DNA from: Pseudomonadota bacterium
GTDB taxonomy: Bacteria; Bdellovibrionota_B; Oligoflexia; Oligoflexales; CAIYRB01
Length of the DNA: 18,949 nt
Reading direction: 5' to 3'
NCBI GenBank assembly: GCA_031416315.1
Contig: JANOTL010000060.1
Span: 1 to 18,949, forward strand
The notes under the pieces are model-generated. The model was not told the DNA's origin. It saw only the letters and a program-made list of their open reading frames with translations, and did not search any database. A program made the translations under genes and the position numbers. Positions 14,708 to 18,949 of this stretch are shown here, piece by piece; position 1 is the stretch's first letter; every line of letters begins with the position of its first letter.

Positions 14708-16648
14708 ATGCGCATCCTCCTCCTCACCCCCCCGATGACCCAGCTCAACACCCCGTACCCGGCGACGGCGTACCTCACGGGGTTCTTGCGCGAGCGTGGC
14801 TACGACGCCCGCCAAGCCGACCCGGCGCTCGAGTTGGTGCTGAAGCTGTTCTCGCGCTCGGGCCTCGAAGCGGTACGAGACGCTATCGCGGCGACGAAGG
14901 CGCCGCGCGCCTCGCACTCCGTGCGCTTCTTCCAAGCGAACGCGGACCGTTACATTCGCACCGTCGACGCTGCGGTGCGCTTTCTGCAGGGCAAGGACCC
15001 GAGCGTCGCCTTGCGCATCGCGCCGGGCGGCTTCCTGCCCGAGGGGCCGCGCTTCAACCAGATCCAAGGCTACGCCGCGCTCGCGCCAGAGGGTGGCGAT
15101 GCGCTCGGTTGGGCCTTCGGCAGCCTTGGCACGACCGATCGCGCGCGCTTTCTCGCCTCCCTTTACATCGACGACCTGGCAGACGTGATCCGAGACGGCG
15201 TCGACTCCCGCTTCGAGCTCTCGCGCTACGGCGAGAAGCTTGCGGCGAGCGCGCCGAGCTTTGACCCGCTCGCGCGGAATCTTGCAGCCGCCCCGACGCT
15301 CGTCGATCGCGCGCTCGACGCCATCACGGCCGAGCTCCTGGCGAAGCACGAGCCCGACCTCGTCGGCCTCACCGTGCCGTTTCCGGGCAACGTCTACGGC
15401 GCCTTCCGCATCGCACGCTCCGTGAAAGCCTGGCGTCCGCAGACCACAGTCGTCCTCGGCGGCGGCTATGTGAACACCGAGCTCCGTGACCTCGCCGAGC
15501 CTCGCGTCTTCGACGACGTCGACTACGTGACGCTCGACGACGGTGAGCAGCCTTTTCTGCGGATTCTGGCCCGGATCGAGGCGCCGGTTGACTCGAACTC
15601 CAACGAGGCACCTGGCCTCTTGCGCACGTTCGTCCGGGAGAACGGCGCCGTCGTCCTCCGCTCGGACGCGCAGGTTCACGACATTCCGTTCAAAGACGCG
15701 GGCACACCGACGTACGACGGGCTCCCGATCGGCTCCTATCTTTCGCTCTGCGAGATGCTGAACCCGATGCATCGCATCTGGTCCGACGGCCGTTGGAACA
15801 AGCTCACGCTTGCGCACGGCTGCTATTGGAAAAAGTGCAACTTCTGCGACGTGACCCTCGACTACATCGGTCGTTACGAAGATCAGTCGGCCGATCGCAT
15901 CGTCGACCGCATCGAGGCCCTGGTCGCCGAGACGGGCCAGTCCGGCTTCCACTTCGTCGACGAGGCCGCGCCGCCGAAAGTGCTCTTTTCGATGGCGAAG
16001 CGCCTCCTCGAGCGCCAGGTCGAGATCAGCTGGTGGGGCAACGTCCGTTTCGAGAAGACCTTCACGCCCGAGCTTGCCGAGCGCCTCGCGGCCTCCGGCT
16101 GCGTCGCCATCTCCGGCGGACTCGAGGTCGCCTCCGACCGCCTCCTGACGCTGATGAACAAGGGCGTCACGGTCGAGCAAGTCGCGCGCGTCACCGACGC
16201 CTTCAGCCGCGCGGGCATCCTCGTGCACGCGTATCTGATGTTCGGCTTTCCGACGCAAACCGTGCAAGAGACCGTCGACGCTCTCGAGCGTGTCCGCCAG
16301 CTGTTCGCAGCGAACTGCATTCAGTCGGCCTATTGGCACCGATTTTCGGCGACCGTCCACAGCCCGATCGGCAAGGATCCGGAGAAGTTCGGCATTCGCC
16401 TCAAGCCAATGCCCGTCTCGACCTTTGCCCGCAACGACCTCGACTTCGAGGACCCGACCGGCGTCGACCACGACGCGCTCGGCATCGGCCTGAAGAAGGC
16501 GCTCTACAACTTCATGCACGGGATCGGCCTCGACGAGGACGTTCGCGCGTGGTTCGTGGATTACCCGACCCCAGTCCCGAAACCCAAGGTCCCCCGCAAC
16601 TTGATCGCCGCCGCTCTCGGCGCCAGCCGGAAGACGAGCCGCAATTGA
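14708..16648 (+). CDS. B12-binding-domain radical SAM protein
   Basis: CxxxCxxC (GCYWKKCNFCD), cobalamin-binding-like segment (PDLVGLTVPF...VVLGGGYVN...DDGEQP), FHFVDE, GGLEVAS, HAYLMFGFP. Confidence 0.92.
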   Translation: MRILLLTPPMTQLNTPYPATAYLTGFLRERGYDARQADPALELVLKLFSRSGLEAVRDAIAATKAPRASHSVRFFQANADRYIRTVDAAVRFLQGKDPSVALRIAPGGFLPEGPRFNQIQGYAALAPEGGDALGWAFGSLGTTDRARFLASLYIDDLADVIRDGVDSRFELSRYGEKLAASAPSFDPLARNLAAAPTLVDRALDAITAELLAKHEPDLVGLTVPFPGNVYGAFRIARSVKAWRPQTTVVLGGGYVNTELRDLAEPRVFDDVDYVTLDDGEQPFLRILARIEAPVDSNSNEAPGLLRTFVRENGAVVLRSDAQVHDIPFKDAGTPTYDGLPIGSYLSLCEMLNPMHRIWSDGRWNKLTLAHGCYWKKCNFCDVTLDYIGRYEDQSADRIVDRIEALVAETGQSGFHFVDEAAPPKVLFSMAKRLLERQVEISWWGNVRFEKTFTPELAERLAASGCVAISGGLEVASDRLLTLMNKGVTVEQVARVTDAFSRAGILVHAYLMFGFPTQTVQETVDALERVRQLFAANCIQSAYWHRFSATVHSPIGKDPEKFGIRLKPMPVSTFARNDLDFEDPTGVDHDALGIGLKKALYNFMHGIGLDEDVRAWFVDYPTPVPKPKVPRNLIAAALGASRKTSRN

Positions 16649-18081
16649 TGAACACGACCGGATTCACCGCCGCGAAGTCCGCGCTCCTCGCCGCCACTCG
16701 CCCGCGCCGCGCCGAGCTCGCCTCTGCCTTGGCCGAGGCGAAGGGCCTCGAGGACGAGCGCCGCGCCCTCTTCCTCGAGCTCCTCGGAGACGCCGACCTC
16801 AAGACGGTGAGCGTCGCGATCCGCTGCCTCGGCGATCTCCCCTCTGAAAACGTCGAGGCCGCGCTCCTCGCCAAGCTCGCCAACGGCGCGAGGCCGGAGC
16901 AACGGCGCGCCCTTGCGCGCGCTTTGGGGACGGCCGGCAGCGAGGCCGCCCGAGCCCCGCTGCAAATGCTCATGCGCGCCGAAGACGACCCGGAGCTCCA
17001 GCGCCAGGCCGAGCGCGCGCTCGCGCTGCTCGATCGCCGGCTCGTCCGTGCCAAAGACCTCGGTATGGTCGACGCCACCCGGAAGCCGATCGAGCCCCTC
17101 GCGCTCGCGCTGCGCATGCGCGTCGGCCTCGAGTCCTTCGTCCGCGACGAGCTCGCTCAGCTTGGCGTGACGCCGGAGAGCGAGACTCCCGGCCGTATCC
17201 ATATTCTTTGGGAGCGCCCCCTCGGCCAGCTGTTCGCGGTCCGCATCGCCGAGGCGTTCGCCTTCCGCTTTGTCTTGCCAAAGGACGCGACGGAAGCTCA
17301 AATCCTCGCCGCGCTCGCCGAGCCGGAGCTCGCAGCGACCCTCGCGCGTCACACGCGCGGTCCCGTGCGCTACCGCCTTTTCTGGAAGGATGCTAAGGAC
17401 GCCGACCGGTTCCGCCTGTTGAAGGCGCTGGCGACGCAAAGCCCGACGCTCATTAACGACTCCCGGGAAGCCGTCTGGGAGGTCGAGCTCGATCCGGCGC
17501 AGGGCCGTCTCGAAATCCTGCCCAAGCGCTTGGACGATCCGCGCTTTACGTACCGACGCGCGCTCGTGCCTGCCTCGTCGCATGCGCCGCTGGCCGCTGC
17601 GCTCGCGCGCTTGGCGGGCGTCCGCAAGGACGACGTCGTTTGGGATCCCTTCGTCGGCGCCGCGAGCGAGCTCGTCGAGCGCGCCAAGCGCGGTCACTAC
17701 AGGCGCCTCATCGGCACGGACATCGACCCGGCCGCCGTCAACGCCGCGCGTGAGAACTTAGCCGCAGCGCTTGTGAAAGACGTCGAGATCATCCAAGGCG
17801 ATGCGCGCGAGATCGACCTGGGGGTCACGCCGACCCTGCTCATCTCGAATCCGCCGCTCGGCCGTCGCGTCGGCACCGGCGAGGCTCCCGAGATCCTCCG
17901 CCAAGTCCTCGAGCGCGCGGCGCCGCTGCTCGCTCCGGGCGGCCGGATGGTCTTCGTGACCCCCGATCCCGACGGCACCGACGCGCTCTTGACCGGGCTC
18001 GGCCTGCGCAAGACTGAGGGCCGGGCCGTCGACATGGGCGGCTTTCCCGCCTGGCTGCGCCGTTTCGATAAGCCACACTGA
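16648..18081 (+). CDS. HEAT-repeat-containing class I SAM-dependent methyltransferase (UPF0020/RlmL-Trm14-like)
   Basis: ATG overlaps the upstream TGA (TGATG). HEAT-like N-terminus (RRALARALGTAGSEAARAPL), GLESFVRDEL, motif I VWDPFVGAA, GTDID, GDA and NPPL. Confidence 0.82.
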   Translation: MNTTGFTAAKSALLAATRPRRAELASALAEAKGLEDERRALFLELLGDADLKTVSVAIRCLGDLPSENVEAALLAKLANGARPEQRRALARALGTAGSEAARAPLQMLMRAEDDPELQRQAERALALLDRRLVRAKDLGMVDATRKPIEPLALALRMRVGLESFVRDELAQLGVTPESETPGRIHILWERPLGQLFAVRIAEAFAFRFVLPKDATEAQILAALAEPELAATLARHTRGPVRYRLFWKDAKDADRFRLLKALATQSPTLINDSREAVWEVELDPAQGRLEILPKRLDDPRFTYRRALVPASSHAPLAAALARLAGVRKDDVVWDPFVGAASELVERAKRGHYRRLIGTDIDPAAVNAARENLAAALVKDVEIIQGDAREIDLGVTPTLLISNPPLGRRVGTGEAPEILRQVLERAAPLLAPGGRMVFVTPDPDGTDALLTGLGLRKTEGRAVDMGGFPAWLRRFDKPH

Positions 18082-18166
18082 CCTTGTCGCAGTTCGAATG
18101 CATCCAGGGCCTCGTCGAGCGCGGCCATCATCCGCAGAACGCGCGCACGGACTGCACGCGCTGAGA

Positions 18167-18451
18167 TCATCCGTCAGGCGGCGGCGTCTTTCGGGATGGG
18201 GTGAGCGCGCGCTCGATGGCGGCGCCCACGTCGTTCGCGAGCAGGTCGACCACCGCCTGGCTGTCCACGGCCGAGAAGAGGAACGGGATCCGCCGGGCCG
18301 GAAAGTCCTTCTTCGCCTTCACGATGTCGCGCGCCGTGCGGGCCCCGACCCGGGCGACCAGCGCATCCTTCTCGGCCTCGGTCGCCAGGATGCGCGGCTC
18401 GGGGAGGCCACTGCGCAGGCTTTCCAAGGCTTTCGTCAGATCGTCGCTCAC
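18167..18451 (-). CDS. Small hypothetical protein (about 94 aa)
   Basis: GTG start 13 nt after the kinase stop with GAGG upstream. Helical, protein-like sequence. Confidence 0.6.
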   Translation of the reverse strand: MSDDLTKALESLRSGLPEPRILATEAEKDALVARVGARTARDIVKAKKDFPARRIPFLFSAVDSQAVVDLLANDVGAAIERALTPSRKTPPPDG

Positions 18452-18464
18452 GCCGGGCGCCGCC

Positions 18465-18949
18465 TCACTTCGGCGGCCCACGGCGGTCGAAGGCTTCTTC
18501 GCGGGCGTCGTCGATCTCCGACAGGATGTCGGCGACGTTCGCCTTCTTCGAGGTGTCGACGAAGATCCCGGTGAGCGGCGAGTCGGGCCTGAGCTTGCCG
18601 TTCTTGTAGAGTTTCCAGATCTCTTTTGCGTGGCCCGTCTTCAAGAGCTCGGGCGCCCAACGGCCGAAAAAGAGGCCGAGCTGGATCATGTCACGCTCGA
18701 AGATCCCGAACGCGTTGTTTGCCGTCGCCTGGACGGCCTGGGGCAGGTCGATGATGACGAGGCCCTTGTGCGACAGAAGGACGTTGAACTCCGACAGGTC
18801 GCCGTGGACCAGGCCAGCGCAGAGCATCAGAACGACCTGGCGCATCATGACTTCGTGATAGGCGAGCGCCGAGGCACGCGTGAGGTCGACGTCGTTCAAG
18901 CGCGGCGCGGGATTACCGTCCGCGTCGGCGACCATCTCGAGGAGTAGGA
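18465..18949 (-). CDS. RIO1-like Ser/Thr kinase (PA4780-type), C-terminal part; 5' end lies beyond the window
   Basis: LLLEMV...PAPRLNDV, catalytic loop HGDLSEFNVL, metal-binding IIDLPQAV. The frame stays open to the window edge. Confidence 0.9.
   Translation of the reverse strand, partial: LLLEMVADADGNPAPRLNDVDLTRASALAYHEVMMRQVVLMLCAGLVHGDLSEFNVLLSHKGLVIIDLPQAVQATANNAFGIFERDMIQLGLFFGRWAPELLKTGHAKEIWKLYKNGKLRPDSPLTGIFVDTSKKANVADILSEIDDAREEAFDRRGPPK

Noticed and set aside
14693..16519. 608-aa minus-strand ORF
   Set aside because: Antisense shadow of the radical SAM gene.
15793..16647. N-terminal 285 codons of the track's 762-aa ORF (possible frameshift fusion)
   Set aside because: Arg/Pro-rich off-frame reading of the radical SAM gene. 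A clean TGATG coupling gives the real start at 16648, and I saw no slippery site.
17697..18170. 157-aa minus ORF starting with an ATGA overlap
   Set aside because: The coupling-like start is suggestive, but about 385 nt overlap the methyltransferase antisense and the sequence is Ser/Arg-rich. Not supportable as a gene.

Overview
GC-rich bacterial chromosomal segment. Gene content and promoter style suggest Deltaproteobacteria sensu lato (Bdellovibrionota/Oligoflexia- or Myxococcota-like); this is an inference only. Recognisable genes: the 5' end of purA (missed by the ORF track) divergent from purB, azurin, a stand-alone GlmU-like acyltransferase, lepB, a PfkB/adenosine kinase, pgsA, nadB, an App1/HAD-type phosphatase, a long chemoreceptor translationally coupled to a divergent flagellin, a B12-radical SAM enzyme coupled to a HEAT-repeat methyltransferase, and the 3' part of a RIO1-like kinase. 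The most notable unannotated structure is a set of five sigma28/FliA-like promoters. One drives the MCP-flagellin operon and four precede uncharacterised genes. Three of the downstream proteins share a C-terminal K-A-(G/S) tail. There is also a Zn-ribbon protein fused to an apparently inactivated PD-(D/E)xK-like fold, and a probable pseudo-receiver/pseudo-GHKL protein. I saw no tRNA, rRNA, CRISPR array or mobile element.
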